Below, piece by piece: positions 63,533 through 64,000 of a stretch of 64,000 nucleotides of DNA (its first letter is position 1; each line of letters starts with the position of its first letter). The notes under the pieces were generated by a model. The model searched no databases. It saw only the letters and a program-made list of their open reading frames with translations, and had not been told where the DNA came from. Source of the DNA: Acanthaster planci (lineage: Eukaryota); assembly GCF_001949145.1 (NCBI RefSeq), contig NW_019091358.1:1932240-1996239 (forward strand). The letters run 5' to 3'. The position numbers and the translations under genes were made by a program.

Positions 63533-64000
63533 GTAAGTATATGCTAATGGCTAATAACTTGTTTCTATCACCGCGTTTGATTATCACCCCCCCCCCCCGC
63601 TTGATACCGTGGTGTCACAGGTTCAGACGGGTACGTGCAATCTGTGGCGAAAAGTGAAAATGGTCCGTGCTGGAGGTATCAAACTTGGTCGAGAGGTTAA
63701 ATTTGCATCACGAATTTTAGGTGTCGAATCCACACACGTATTACTGACTTTTATTTCAACAAACTTGTGAGTCAAATGGACTCTACATGGAGTGATTTAT
63801 CATAACTGTTTAAAACAGTATCAGGTTTCTTTTGCATTTTCGAATCAACCACTTTTCTCGCATCGCACAAAGTGATACTTTCGCAAGTTGCCGGCTTGGC
63901 TGGTTGGTTACAGGGGCAGCCCTGACTGAGTGCTAATAGTCAAATGAATGTCAAATCGAACGACGCAAGTCGGGCTTGCGTGAGTAAGCGCAGAGGAAGT

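Overview
Eukaryotic animal genomic DNA with spliceosomal GT-AG introns and many MITEs and SINEs. It most resembles a marine invertebrate, but the host cannot be named from sequence alone. The window holds a cluster of three Cys-loop receptor genes of the nicotinic acetylcholine receptor alpha9/alpha10-like type, reconstructed by hand from splice sites. Gene A is on the minus strand (6 coding exons, 38811->25104, 476 aa). Gene B is on the plus strand, divergent from A (6 coding exons, 50257->59835, 470 aa). Gene C is on the plus strand in tandem behind B; only its first 3 exons are in the window (62177->63532). A and B share internal exons of 140/45/110/536 bp with identical phases, and C matches for the exons present. 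Between A and B lies a 1.9-kb internally deleted Ingi/Vingi-type non-LTR retroelement (42564-44462) bounded by a perfect 10-bp target-site duplication. Its first 74 nt fold into an HDV-like self-cleaving ribozyme whose predicted cleavage site is exactly the element's 5' boundary. The rest is non-coding: several MITEs (hAT-like, a 6-bp-TSD family, a long-TIR family), a tRNA-derived SINE, minisatellites, a tandem duplication and a possible Penelope-type hammerhead remnant. Almost all short ORFs in the supplied track look spurious.
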